Below are positions 40,549 to 50,279 of a stretch of DNA of 64,000 bases, piece after piece. This stretch comes from Lachnoclostridium sp. UBA2905 (GTDB lineage: Bacteria > Bacillota > Clostridia > Lachnospirales > Lachnospiraceae). A program made the translations under genes and the position numbers. Under the pieces are notes generated by a model. It saw only the letters and a program-made list of their open reading frames with translations. It made no database searches and had not been told where the DNA came from. The number at the start of each line of letters is the position of its first letter. The stretch's first letter is position 1. The stretch covers positions 60,737 to 124,736 of the forward strand of contig DEDL01000032.1 in the NCBI GenBank assembly GCA_002349525.1. Reading direction: 5' to 3'.

Positions 40549-41751
40549 ATGAAAACTATTAACTGTGATGCTGTAATCGTAGGTTGTGGTGTAGGAGGAC
40601 TGTATACCGCACTTAATCTTCCAAAGGACATGAAAATAATCATGCTGTCAAAGGAAGATGTAGAAAGCTGTGATTCCATGCTTGCACAGGGTGGAATATG
40701 TGTTTTGAGAGATGAGAACGATTATGATTCATATTATGAAGACACTATGAGAGCAGGACATTACGAAAATCGTGCAGAAAGCGTTGACATTATGATTCGC
40801 TCCAGCAGGAATGTTATAAATGATCTGCTTGACAAGGGTGTCCGCTTTGCTAAGGATGAAAATGGAGAGCTTATGTACACAAGAGAAGGTGCACATTCAA
40901 GACCACGTATATGTTTTCATGAAGATATAACCGGAAAAGAGATAACAACCACACTTCTGTCACATGTAAGGAAGCTTTCAAATGTAACTATTATGGAATA
41001 TACAACCATGACTGATATTATTGAGGTTGCAGGAGAGTGCGCCGGTGTAATTGCCAAAACCAAGGAAGGCGAAAAATTACATATTAAGGCACCGGATACC
41101 ATTATGGCAACAGGTGGAATCGGTGGATTATACGAATATTCAACCAACTTCCCATGTCTTACAGGGGATGGATGCAAAATCGCAGAAAAACATGGTGTAG
41201 AGCTTGAACATATGGATTATGTACAGATTCATCCAACAAGCCTTTACAGTGAAAAACCTGGAAGAAGCTTTTTGATATCAGAATCAGCAAGAGGTGAGGG
41301 AGCCCTTCTTTATAATCACAAGGGAGAAAGATTCGTTGATGAGCTTTTACCTAGAGATGTTGTTACAGATGCAATACATGCTGAAATGGAGAAGGAAAAT
41401 GTTCCTTATGAATATCTTTCGTTTGAAAATGTGAGTAAGGAAACTATTATGAAGCATTTTCCAAATATATATCACAAGTGTCTTGAAGAGGGTTATGATA
41501 TATTGAAGGAGCCTATACCGGTTGTTCCGGCCCAGCATTATTTTATGGGTGGGGTTCACGTGGATAGCGACTCCATGACAACAATGAATCATTTGTACGC
41601 AGTTGGAGAGACCAGTTGTAATGGTGTTCATGGTAAAAACAGACTTGCAAGCAATTCACTTTTGGAAAGTCTTGTATTTGCAAAGCGTTCAGCGGTAAAA
41701 ATTGTAAGAGAGCGCAGCGCAGACAGCAAAGAAGCTAAGAAAATAATATAG
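40549..41751 (+). CDS. nadB: L-aspartate oxidase (short clostridial type)
   Basis: 'VGCGVGGL', 'SMLAQGGI', 'TREGAHS', 'QIHPT', 'HGKNRLASNSLLE'. Confidence 0.95.
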   Translation: MKTINCDAVIVGCGVGGLYTALNLPKDMKIIMLSKEDVESCDSMLAQGGICVLRDENDYDSYYEDTMRAGHYENRAESVDIMIRSSRNVINDLLDKGVRFAKDENGELMYTREGAHSRPRICFHEDITGKEITTTLLSHVRKLSNVTIMEYTTMTDIIEVAGECAGVIAKTKEGEKLHIKAPDTIMATGGIGGLYEYSTNFPCLTGDGCKIAEKHGVELEHMDYVQIHPTSLYSEKPGRSFLISESARGEGALLYNHKGERFVDELLPRDVVTDAIHAEMEKENVPYEYLSFENVSKETIMKHFPNIYHKCLEEGYDILKEPIPVVPAQHYFMGGVHVDSDSMTTMNHLYAVGETSCNGVHGKNRLASNSLLESLVFAKRSAVKIVRERSADSKEAKKII

Positions 41752-41810
41752 ATACAGTTAAATACAAACAAATAATAAAATAGAAAATATATTATGTAAG
41801 GAGAATTAAT

Positions 41811-42686
41811 ATGAATCAGATTACAATGCAGTTAGTTGCAGATAAATACATAAAAATGGCATTAGAAGAGGATATTAACAGTGAGGATGTAACAACTAAT
41901 GCTGTTATGCCTGAAGCAAAACAGGGAAAGGTCAATCTTATATGTAAGGAAGACGGTATCATTGCAGGTCTTGGTATATTTGAAAGGGTATTTAAAATAC
42001 TGGATGAAAAGACTGACGTATCATTTATGAAAAAAGAAAATGGAGAAGCCTTCAAAGATGGTGACCAGGTTAAAAAGGGTGACTTGTTAGCTGTAGTATC
42101 AGGTGATATAAGAGTTCTTCTTTCAGGAGAAAGAACAGCACTTAACTACCTTCAGAGACTTAGTGGAATTGCTACATATACACATCAGGTGTCATCACTT
42201 CTTGAGGGATCAAAGACAAAGCTTCTTGATACAAGAAAAACTACACCATGTATGAGAATATTTGAAAAATATGCTGTTAAGATTGGTGGCGGACATAATC
42301 ACAGATACAATCTTTCTGATGGTGTTCTTCTCAAGGATAATCATATAGATGCAGCAGGTGGTGTTAAGGAAGCTGTGGCAGCAGCAAAGGAATACGCACC
42401 ATTTGTAAGGAAAATTGAAGTCGAAACAGAAAATCTTGAAATGGTAAAGGAAGCTGTAGAGGCCGGAGCAGATATTATCATGCTTGACAATATGACTTAT
42501 GAAGAGATGGCAGAGGCAATTAAGGTAATTGATGGAAGAGCAGAAACAGAATGCTCAGGTAATATTACAAAAGAAAATATTGCAACAATAACAAGACTTG
42601 GTGTAGACTATGTATCAAGTGGTGCACTTACACATTCAGCACCTATTCTTGATATAAGTCTTAAAAATCTTACTGTTACAGAATAG
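41811..42686 (+). CDS. nadC: Quinolinate phosphoribosyltransferase
   Basis: 'ERTALNYLQ', 'DTRKT', 'HRYNLSD', 'KDNH', 'IMLDN'. Confidence 0.97.
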   Translation: MNQITMQLVADKYIKMALEEDINSEDVTTNAVMPEAKQGKVNLICKEDGIIAGLGIFERVFKILDEKTDVSFMKKENGEAFKDGDQVKKGDLLAVVSGDIRVLLSGERTALNYLQRLSGIATYTHQVSSLLEGSKTKLLDTRKTTPCMRIFEKYAVKIGGGHNHRYNLSDGVLLKDNHIDAAGGVKEAVAAAKEYAPFVRKIEVETENLEMVKEAVEAGADIIMLDNMTYEEMAEAIKVIDGRAETECSGNITKENIATITRLGVDYVSSGALTHSAPILDISLKNLTVTE

Positions 42687-42762
42687 CTTGTATTATTTAT
42701 AATTTATATATAATATAGGTCAGGTCTGGAACTGATAATATCTGAAAAAGGGGGAAGAACAT

Positions 42763-43314
42763 TTGGAAAAAGAGTTAACAGGTGAAGAACGAAGATGTGA
42801 GCTGCTTAATATACTTAAGAACAGCAATCTTCCCGTATCAGGGGCTGAGCTTGGAAAAAGAGTTGGAGTAAGCAGACAGGTTGTAGTGCAGGATATTGCA
42901 CTGTTAAGGAGCAAGGGCATAGATATAACATCTACTGCCAGAGGATATATTGTTAATATGCTTAACGATTCTGACATGGCTACAAGAGTTATAAAGGTAT
43001 GCCATACGAGTGAACAGGTGGCAGAAGAGCTTAACATTATTGTGGACAATGGTGGATGTGTAGCAGATGTAATGGTTAATCACAGAGCTTATGGCAAGGT
43101 AAGGGCAGGTCTTAACATAAAAAATCGACGTGACGTCAAAAAATTTGTGGAAGAGCTGGAATCAGGAAAGTCGACACCTTTGCTTAATGTTACCTCCGGC
43201 TATCATTTTCATACGATTATGGCTGATAGCGAAGAAGTACTTGATGAAATAGAAAATGAACTGGCAGAAAAAGGTTTTCTTGCTGAAGTCCTTCCTTATG
43301 AGAAGGTTAATTAA
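42763..43314 (+). CDS. niaR: Niacin-responsive repressor NiaR (HTH + 3H domain)
   Basis: 'VSRQVVVQDIALLR', His motifs 'CHT', 'NHRAYG', 'HFHT'; adjacent to nadABC. Confidence 0.92.
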   Translation: MEKELTGEERRCELLNILKNSNLPVSGAELGKRVGVSRQVVVQDIALLRSKGIDITSTARGYIVNMLNDSDMATRVIKVCHTSEQVAEELNIIVDNGGCVADVMVNHRAYGKVRAGLNIKNRRDVKKFVEELESGKSTPLLNVTSGYHFHTIMADSEEVLDEIENELAEKGFLAEVLPYEKVN

Positions 43315-43372
43315 ACAGAATAATAATTAATTAATATATGAGGTTAATTATGCCCTTTCAACCAGAGTGCTA

Positions 43373-43401
43373 TTGACAACATCATGGCTTATAATTATAA
43401 T
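43373..43401 (+). promoter_or_regulatory. Consensus SigA promoter driving the leader and por operon
   Basis: Perfect TTGACA-17 bp-TATAAT. Confidence 0.9.
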
Positions 43402-43429
43402 TGACTTTAATCGGGCTAATTAATATGTA

Positions 43430-43582
43430 AAGACTACGACGGAGACAGTAGATTTTTTCTGAAAGTCAAAGAGAGCCACGTTGCTGGAAAGTGGTACCGG
43501 TAGGATCTAATTGAACATCCCTCCCAAGTTGCAGTGTCGAAAAGCAATGAGTAGATGCTGACGGAAACCAACCGTAATCATG
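43430..43582 (+). ncRNA. T-box-like leader RNA (Stem I, II, IIA/B), probable Ile (AUC) specifier, with no recognisable T-box/antiterminator
   Basis: GGAG/CTCC base helix, AGTA (43447) opposite GAAC-ATC (43513-19), AGAGAG box (43470), GCTG box (43483); Stem II CAGTGTC/GATGCTG with GAAA and AGTA; ACGG/CCGTAATCA F-box. Confidence 0.8.
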
Positions 43583-43630
43583 GTCGCATATGATAGTATG
43601 TTGTTGGATTGTTGATATAATTGATATTTT

Positions 43631-43668
43631 AACTCCTGCTGTCTATGGATAAGATAGCAGGAATTTTT
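43631..43668 (+). terminator. Leader terminator upstream of porC
   Basis: AACTCCTGCTGTCT / AGATAGCAGGAATT plus TTT. Confidence 0.85.
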
Positions 43669-43713
43669 AGTTTTGATTTAGTATTGAATTGAATGAAAGG
43701 AAGGTAATACATA

Positions 43714-44289
43714 GTGAAAAACACAGTTGAGATCAGGTGGCATGGAAGAGGTGGACAGGGTGCCAAAACAGCTGCACTTCTTCTTGCAGACGTTGCATTT
43801 AAGGCCGGAAAATATGTTCAGGGATTTCCTGAGTATGGTCCTGAAAGAATGGGTGCACCTATTACGGCATATAACAGAATCAGTGATGAGAAAATTACTG
43901 TTCATTCCAATATATATGATCCTGATTATGTAGTGGTTGTAGATGAGGGACTCCTTGACAGCATTGATGTTACTGCAGGACTTAATCCTGAGGGAGCAAT
44001 TGTTGTTAATTCAGCAAAGCCTGCATCAGAGATTATACCAAAGCTTCACGGATATACAGGAAAAGTTTATACAGTAGATGCTCATAAAATATCAGTTGCA
44101 GCACTTGGAAAATATTTTCCTAACTCACCTATGCTTGCAGCAATCGTTGCAGTATCAAAGGTAATGGATAAGGAACAGTTTCTTACTGAGATGGAGGGCT
44201 CTTATAAACACAAATTCAGTAAAAAGCCTGAAGTCATTGATGGTAATATGAAAGCACTTCGAATGACACTTGAGGAGGTTTTAGTATGA
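43714..44289 (+). CDS. porC: 2-oxoacid:ferredoxin oxidoreductase gamma subunit
   Basis: 'EIRWHGRGGQG', 'YGPERMGAP'. Confidence 0.93.
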   Translation: MKNTVEIRWHGRGGQGAKTAALLLADVAFKAGKYVQGFPEYGPERMGAPITAYNRISDEKITVHSNIYDPDYVVVVDEGLLDSIDVTAGLNPEGAIVVNSAKPASEIIPKLHGYTGKVYTVDAHKISVAALGKYFPNSPMLAAIVAVSKVMDKEQFLTEMEGSYKHKFSKKPEVIDGNMKALRMTLEEVLV

Positions 44290-44576
44290 TAAGCGACAGA
44301 ATTAATGAACAGTCATCCTGGAGAGACCTTACAGAAGGTAATAAGATATATGAGCCTGCAACATCAGTGCAGTTTAACACAGGAGAGTGGAGAACACAGG
44401 CGCCTGTACATGATGAAGCAAAATGTAAACAGTGTTATCTTTGTGTGCCTGTCTGTCCTGATCTTAGTATATCAGTAGGTGACAATGATAAAATAGTATT
44501 TGATATGGATCATTGCAAGGGCTGTGGAATCTGCTCTAAGGTATGTCCATTTGATGCAATAAGGATGGAGGAATAA
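44286..44576 (+). CDS. porD: 2-oxoacid:ferredoxin oxidoreductase delta subunit (2x4Fe-4S)
   Basis: 'TGEWR', CKQCYLCVPVCP and CKGCGICSKVCP. Confidence 0.93.
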   Translation: MISDRINEQSSWRDLTEGNKIYEPATSVQFNTGEWRTQAPVHDEAKCKQCYLCVPVCPDLSISVGDNDKIVFDMDHCKGCGICSKVCPFDAIRMEE

Positions 44577-44580
44577 GATT

Positions 44581-45765
44581 ATGGCAATTAGAGAGAGATT
44601 ATCAGGAAATGAAGCAGTTGCATACGCAATTAAGCAGATAAATCCGGATGTAATGCCGGCATTCCCTATTACACCATCAACAGAAATTCCACAGTATGTG
44701 GCTACATATATTGCTAATGGTGAGATTGATACGGAGTTTATTCCGGTAGAAAGTGAACATAGTTCAATGAGTGCAACAATTGGTGCATCAGCAGCAGGAG
44801 CAAGAGCTCTTACTGCAACCTCATCATGTGGTCTTGCTCTTATGTGGGAAGAATTATATGTTGCAGCATCAAACCGTTTTCCAATAGTACTTGCACTTGT
44901 TAACAGGGCTCTGTCAGGTCCAATTAATATTAATGCAGATCATTCAGATAGTATGGGTGCCAGAGACAGTGGATGGATTCAGATATATGCAGAATCTAAT
45001 CAGGAGGCATATGATAACTTCCTCCAGTCCTTCAGAATATCAGAGCATAAGGATGTTATGCTCCCTGTTATGATATGTCAGGATGGATTTATTACAAGTC
45101 ATGGTGTTGAGAATATTGAACTTGTTGAGGATGAGCTTGTTAAGGATTTCGTTGGAGAATATAATCCTGAACATTATCTTCTTAATTCAAAGGAGCCAAT
45201 GGCAGTAGGTCCTTATGCAGTATCTAATTACTATATGGAGTCAAAAAGAGCTCAGACAGAAGCACTTAAGAATGCCAAGAAGGTAATACTTGAGGTTGCA
45301 GAAGAATTTGAAAAAATGACTGGAAGAAAATATGGATTCTTTGAAGAATACAAGCTTGATGATGCAGATTATGCAATTGTTATAATCGGTTCAGCAGCAG
45401 GTACATGTAAGGCTGCAGTTGATGATATCAGAGAAAGAACTGGTAAAAAGGTTGGTATTCTTAAGATAAGAGTATTCCGTCCATTCCCTGAAGAAGAAAT
45501 AGCACATGCTCTTCGTAATGTTAAATCAGTTGCAATTCTTGACCGTTCAGAGATGTTTGCTGCAACAGGCGGACCACTTGGTGCTGAGGTAACAGCTGCA
45601 CTTTATAGAGCAGGACAGAATAAGGAAGTGGTTAACTACTTATATGGTCTTGGTGGAAGAGATATTACAGTAACTGAATTTGAAGACGTATATAATGAGC
45701 TTGAAAGAATGGCCGAAACACATGAAGTACGTGATAATTTCAAGTATATCGGACTTAGAGAGTGA
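44581..45765 (+). CDS. porA: 2-oxoacid:ferredoxin oxidoreductase alpha subunit
   Basis: 'SGNEAVA', 'FPITPST', 'ESEHS', 'TATSSCGL', 'NRA'. Confidence 0.95.
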   Translation: MAIRERLSGNEAVAYAIKQINPDVMPAFPITPSTEIPQYVATYIANGEIDTEFIPVESEHSSMSATIGASAAGARALTATSSCGLALMWEELYVAASNRFPIVLALVNRALSGPININADHSDSMGARDSGWIQIYAESNQEAYDNFLQSFRISEHKDVMLPVMICQDGFITSHGVENIELVEDELVKDFVGEYNPEHYLLNSKEPMAVGPYAVSNYYMESKRAQTEALKNAKKVILEVAEEFEKMTGRKYGFFEEYKLDDADYAIVIIGSAAGTCKAAVDDIRERTGKKVGILKIRVFRPFPEEEIAHALRNVKSVAILDRSEMFAATGGPLGAEVTAALYRAGQNKEVVNYLYGLGGRDITVTEFEDVYNELERMAETHEVRDNFKYIGLRE

Positions 45766-45775
45766 GGTGCAGACA

Positions 45776-46732
45776 ATGGAGAATGCGAATAAACCATATA
45801 ATTTTAAAGAAGAAATGAAGGCAATGGATAAAAAGGACAGGCTTGCAGCAGGACACAGAATGTGTGCAGGCTGTGGTGGAGCTATCACAGTACGTTCCGT
45901 ACTCCGTTCACTTCATGAAGAAGATAAAGCAGTAGTTGGTAATGCAACCGGATGTCTTGAAGTATCAACATTTATGTATCCATATACATCATACAAAGAC
46001 AGCTATATCCACAATGCCTTTGAGAATGCGGGTGCAACAATGTCAGGTGTTGAGACAGCATATAATGTTCTTAAGAAAAAGGGCAAAATTAATGATACAT
46101 ACAAATTCATAACATTTGGTGGAGACGGTGGAACATACGATATTGGATTCCAGTCACTTTCAGGTGCTATGGAAAGAGGTCATGATTTCGTATATGTATG
46201 TTACGATAACGGAGCTTATATGAATACAGGTACACAGCGTTCATCTGCAACACCAAAGTTTGCAGATACGACAACAACACCTGCAGGAAAGGCTTCATCA
46301 GGAAAGGTACAGATAAGAAAAGATCTGGCTGCAATTATGGCTGCCCATCAGATTCCATATGTTGGACAGACAACATTTATAGGTAATTTTAAGGATATCT
46401 ATACTAAATCTGAAAAGGCTATCTATACACCAGGTCCTGCATTTCTTAATGTATTATCACCATGTCCAAGAGGATGGGGATATGATCCATCTGATATGAT
46501 GAAAATATGTAAGCTTGCAGTTGATACATGTTACTGGCCAATGTTTGAGGTTGTTGATGGAAAATGGATTCTTTCATATGAACCAAAGAACAAACTGCCA
46601 ATCGAAGATTTCCTTAAACCACAGAGGAGATTCAAGCATCTTTTCAAACCTGGAAATGAGGGACTTATTGAAGAATTCCAGCGTATGGTAGATGAGCAGT
46701 GGAATAATCTGCTTGTAAAATGTAACGCATAA
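45776..46732 (+). CDS. porB: 2-oxoacid:ferredoxin oxidoreductase beta subunit
   Basis: 'GHRMCAGCG', 'TGCLEV', TPP motif 'GGDGG...YDN', 'NTGTQRS', 'SPCPRGW'. Confidence 0.95.
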   Translation: MENANKPYNFKEEMKAMDKKDRLAAGHRMCAGCGGAITVRSVLRSLHEEDKAVVGNATGCLEVSTFMYPYTSYKDSYIHNAFENAGATMSGVETAYNVLKKKGKINDTYKFITFGGDGGTYDIGFQSLSGAMERGHDFVYVCYDNGAYMNTGTQRSSATPKFADTTTTPAGKASSGKVQIRKDLAAIMAAHQIPYVGQTTFIGNFKDIYTKSEKAIYTPGPAFLNVLSPCPRGWGYDPSDMMKICKLAVDTCYWPMFEVVDGKWILSYEPKNKLPIEDFLKPQRRFKHLFKPGNEGLIEEFQRMVDEQWNNLLVKCNA

Positions 46733-46787
46733 GTGTAGAATAAGAATATTAGGCAGGAATAATTATTATCATAAGGAGGGGCAGACC

Positions 46788-48212
46788 ATGCTTAAGAAAA
46801 CAAAGATGGACCTCGGTTCCAATAATTCAGATTTATTTGACAAACTGGTAAAATATTGTATGGCATCAGGAGCTATTAATCTTGACCTGTATGCTGAATA
46901 TGATGTTAAGAGAGGACTTAGAGATTCTAACGGAAAGGGTGTACTTACCGGACTCACAGAGATTTCCGATGTATTATCCTATAAACTTGTAGATGGTAGG
47001 AAAATTCCTTGTGATGGTGAATTGTATTATCAGGGTTATAATATTGAAGACCTTGTAAAGGGTTTTGAAAATAAAGATTATGGATTTGAAGAAACAACAT
47101 ATCTTCTGTTATTTGGTGAGCTTCCAACAGAGGAACAGCTTGCTACTTTTAAAAACCTCTTAGCAAGTATGCAGGAGCTCTCAGCCAGATTTATTAGAGA
47201 CGTCTTAATGAAGGCACCATGTAATAACATTATGAATGCTCTTCAGAAGGGTATTCTTACACTGTATTCATATGATTCCAATCCAGATGATATATCTGTT
47301 GAGAATGTACTTAGACAGTCACTTGAGCTTATAGCAAAGATGTCACTTATTGCTGTATATTCATATCATTCATACAGACATTTCGAAATGGGTGAAACAC
47401 TTGTAATACGTAATCCGGATCCTAACCGTTCAATTGCTGAGAACCTTCTTAGAATGCTTAGAAAAGATGGAAAATATACTCCACTTGAGGCAAAGGTTCT
47501 TGATATATCACTTGTTCTTCATGCAGAGCATGGTGGTGGTAATAACTCATCATTTACCACACATGTTGTAAGTTCAAGTGGAACTGATACTTATTCTGCA
47601 ATTGCTGCTTCAGTAGGTTCTCTTAAGGGACCTCGTCATGGTGGTGCCAATATGAAGGTTCAGCAGATGTTTGCTGATATTAAGGCTCATATTGATGACT
47701 GGACAGATGAAGATAAGATCAGGGAGTATCTTGTTAAGATTCTCAATAAGGAAGCATTTGACGGTGCAGGACTTATATATGGTATGGGTCATGCTGTTTA
47801 TACATTATCTGATCCAAGAGAGAAAATTCTTAAGGAATATGCTAAGAAGCTTTCCAAGGAAAAGGGAAAAGAAGACGAGTTCAGATTATATGACACAGTT
47901 GAACGTATTGCAGCTGAAGAGGTTATGAAAGCAAGACAGTTATTCAAACCTGTATGTGCCAATGTTGACTTTTACAGTGGTTATGTATATTCAATGCTTG
48001 AGATTCCTGAAGAATTGTACACTCCAATATTTGCTATATCAAGAATATCAGGATGGAGTGCTCACAGACTTGAGGAACTTGTTAATAAAGGTAAGATTAT
48101 AAGACCGGCATATAAGTATGTTGGTGTTCATAAGGCGTATGTGCCAATGAAAGACAGACATGAGCCTGAAGAAGAAGCTGCTACAGCTAAGAATGCTGAA
48201 ACAGATAAGTAG
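46788..48212 (+). CDS. gltA: Citrate synthase (citrate/2-methylcitrate synthase family)
   Basis: 'LHAEHGGGNNS', 'GPRHGGAN', 'YGMGHAVY', 'NVDFY'. Confidence 0.93.
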   Translation: MLKKTKMDLGSNNSDLFDKLVKYCMASGAINLDLYAEYDVKRGLRDSNGKGVLTGLTEISDVLSYKLVDGRKIPCDGELYYQGYNIEDLVKGFENKDYGFEETTYLLLFGELPTEEQLATFKNLLASMQELSARFIRDVLMKAPCNNIMNALQKGILTLYSYDSNPDDISVENVLRQSLELIAKMSLIAVYSYHSYRHFEMGETLVIRNPDPNRSIAENLLRMLRKDGKYTPLEAKVLDISLVLHAEHGGGNNSSFTTHVVSSSGTDTYSAIAASVGSLKGPRHGGANMKVQQMFADIKAHIDDWTDEDKIREYLVKILNKEAFDGAGLIYGMGHAVYTLSDPREKILKEYAKKLSKEKGKEDEFRLYDTVERIAAEEVMKARQLFKPVCANVDFYSGYVYSMLEIPEELYTPIFAISRISGWSAHRLEELVNKGKIIRPAYKYVGVHKAYVPMKDRHEPEEEAATAKNAETDK

Positions 48213-48239
48213 TTTTTAATAGTATATTTAATGTATATG

Positions 48240-48273
48240 ATCAAGCAGGTGTCTGCACCTGCTTGATTTTTTT
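48240..48273 (+). terminator. Intrinsic terminator after gltA
   Basis: ATCAAGCAGGTG / CACCTGCTTGAT plus T-run. Confidence 0.9.
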
Positions 48274-48300
48274 ACTTACCTACAGGAGGTGATGGGAAAA

Positions 48301-50133
48301 ATGAGTCTTTTAGTTATGGAAAACCTTACGAAATCATACACCGGAAGAAAGATCTTTGATGACGTTTCATTTAGCATAAATGAAGGTGAAAAAATAGGTG
48401 TTATAGGAATTAATGGAACCGGTAAATCAACTCTTCTGAAAATTGTGGCAGGAAAGGAAGAGGCAGATGGAGGAAGTATTGTAAAAAGAAGAAATCTTTA
48501 TATTCGTTATCTGCCACAGACACCGGAATTCGTAAGTGGAGATACTATTCTTGAAAGTATTGTCAGGGATAATTCAGATGAACCCTTGTTTAGTTCAAGA
48601 GAAGAAATTGAGGCAAGTGCAAAAAGTATTCTTACAAGGCTTAATATAAAGGATTTTGACAGAAAAGTTGACAATCTCTCAGGTGGTGAGAAAAAAAGGA
48701 TTGCTTTAACAAGTGTTCTTATCTCAACTGCAGACCTTCTTATACTTGATGAGCCGACTAATCACCTTGACAGTAATATGGCAGACTGGCTTGAGGATTA
48801 TCTTAAGCGTTTCAGGGGTGCACTGCTTATTATAACCCATGACAGATATTTTCTTGATAGTGTAACCAATAGAATAGTAGAAGTTGATAAGGGCAGATTA
48901 TACAGTTATCAGACGAATTATGAGGGCTTTGTAAAGGCCAAGGCTGAAAGGCTTGATAATGCCATATCTGCTGAAAAAAAGAGGCAGAATATACTTAGAA
49001 TTGAGTTAGCCTGGATGAGAAGAGGGGCAAGAGCACGTTCAACTAAGCAGAAGGCGCATATTGGAAGATATGAGGCACTGCGTGATATGAAGGCTCCGGA
49101 ATTTGATAAAGATGTCTGTATGGAATCCCTGTCAACCAGACTTGGAAGAACAACTATAGAGATAAGGGAGCTTTGCAAATCATTCGGCGACAGAAACCTT
49201 ATAAAGGATTTTACTTATGTCTTTGGACGCAATGACAGAATTGGAATTGTTGGTCCTAACGGCTGTGGTAAATCAACTCTTATGAAAATAATATGTGGAA
49301 TTACTGAGGCTGATTCCGGTACTGTGGAAATAGGCCAGACAGTTAAGTTTGGTTATTTTTCACAGGAAAATGAGATGCTTCCTGAGAATGAGAGGGTTAT
49401 TGATTATATTAAGGATATTGCTGAATTTGTCAGGACAAAGGATGGGTATGTGAGTGCAAGTCAGATGCTTGAGCGTTTTTTATTTGAACCGGAAAAGCAG
49501 TACACGGTAATCTCAAAGCTGTCAGGTGGGGAAAAGCGCAGATTATACCTTTTGAGTATTCTCATTAGCGCACCTAATGTGCTTATACTTGATGAGCCTA
49601 CGAATGATCTTGATATAAGGACTCTCACAATACTTGAAAATTATCTTGATAATTTTGATGGAATCGTTATTACTGTATCCCATGACAGATATTTTCTGGA
49701 CAGGGTCGTAAGGAGAATATTTGCCTATGTTGGTGATGGGGTTATTGAGCAGTATGAGGGTGGTTTTACTGATTATCAGGTTTCATATGCCTTAAGACAT
49801 CCTGAGAGTGAAGAGGCTCTGGCAATTTCAGGCAAAAAAAATACTGAGGATACAAAGGATAGTAAGAAAACTGCTGACAGAGAGCATAGCAGGAAACTGA
49901 AATTTTCTTACAAGGAAGAAAGAGAATGGGAAACCATAGAGGATGATATTGCAGCTCTTGAAGAAAAAATATCAGAGCTTGAAGAGGCTATGACGGAAAC
50001 TGCAACTGATTTTGTAAGGTTAAATGAACTTTCAAAGGAAAAAGATGAAACAGAAGCTCTTTTGGAAGAGAAAATGGAAAGATGGGAGTATCTTAGTAAT
50101 CTGGCTGAAGAGATAGAAAAACAGAAAAAGTAA
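48301..50133 (+). CDS. ABC-F family ATPase (Uup-like)
   Basis: Two NBDs (GINGTGKST, GPNGCGKST; LSGGE x2; DEPTN x2), linker, C-terminal coiled CTD, no TMs. Confidence 0.93.
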   Translation: MSLLVMENLTKSYTGRKIFDDVSFSINEGEKIGVIGINGTGKSTLLKIVAGKEEADGGSIVKRRNLYIRYLPQTPEFVSGDTILESIVRDNSDEPLFSSREEIEASAKSILTRLNIKDFDRKVDNLSGGEKKRIALTSVLISTADLLILDEPTNHLDSNMADWLEDYLKRFRGALLIITHDRYFLDSVTNRIVEVDKGRLYSYQTNYEGFVKAKAERLDNAISAEKKRQNILRIELAWMRRGARARSTKQKAHIGRYEALRDMKAPEFDKDVCMESLSTRLGRTTIEIRELCKSFGDRNLIKDFTYVFGRNDRIGIVGPNGCGKSTLMKIICGITEADSGTVEIGQTVKFGYFSQENEMLPENERVIDYIKDIAEFVRTKDGYVSASQMLERFLFEPEKQYTVISKLSGGEKRRLYLLSILISAPNVLILDEPTNDLDIRTLTILENYLDNFDGIVITVSHDRYFLDRVVRRIFAYVGDGVIEQYEGGFTDYQVSYALRHPESEEALAISGKKNTEDTKDSKKTADREHSRKLKFSYKEEREWETIEDDIAALEEKISELEEAMTETATDFVRLNELSKEKDETEALLEEKMERWEYLSNLAEEIEKQKK

Positions 50134-50185
50134 TTATTTGATGGTTTATTTGAAAAAAAATGGGCATTATAACAAAGAAGAAGGT

Positions 50186-50256
50186 TAATTCAAATCGAAC
50201 GCAGGCGAGATTTGTTATTACTCACCACTTGCAGGAGTGGGAGTCTTCTCGATTGA
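50186..50256. mobile_element. Orphan IS200/IS605-type end hairpin pair, no transposase
   Basis: Bulged hairpin ACTCACCACT-tgcagg-AGTGGGAGT plus CAAATC/GATTTG hairpin; the minus strand reads GAGAAGACTCCCACT..AGTGGTGAG, resembling IS200/IS605 ends as I recall them (not database-verified). Confidence 0.5.
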
Positions 50257-50279
50257 TATAAAATACCAGGAGGTATTGT

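Noticed and set aside
43491-43500. GTGGTACCGG as the functional T-box
   Set aside because: It pairs with GCCAC in the Stem I apex and lies upstream of the specifier, the wrong position for an antiterminator.
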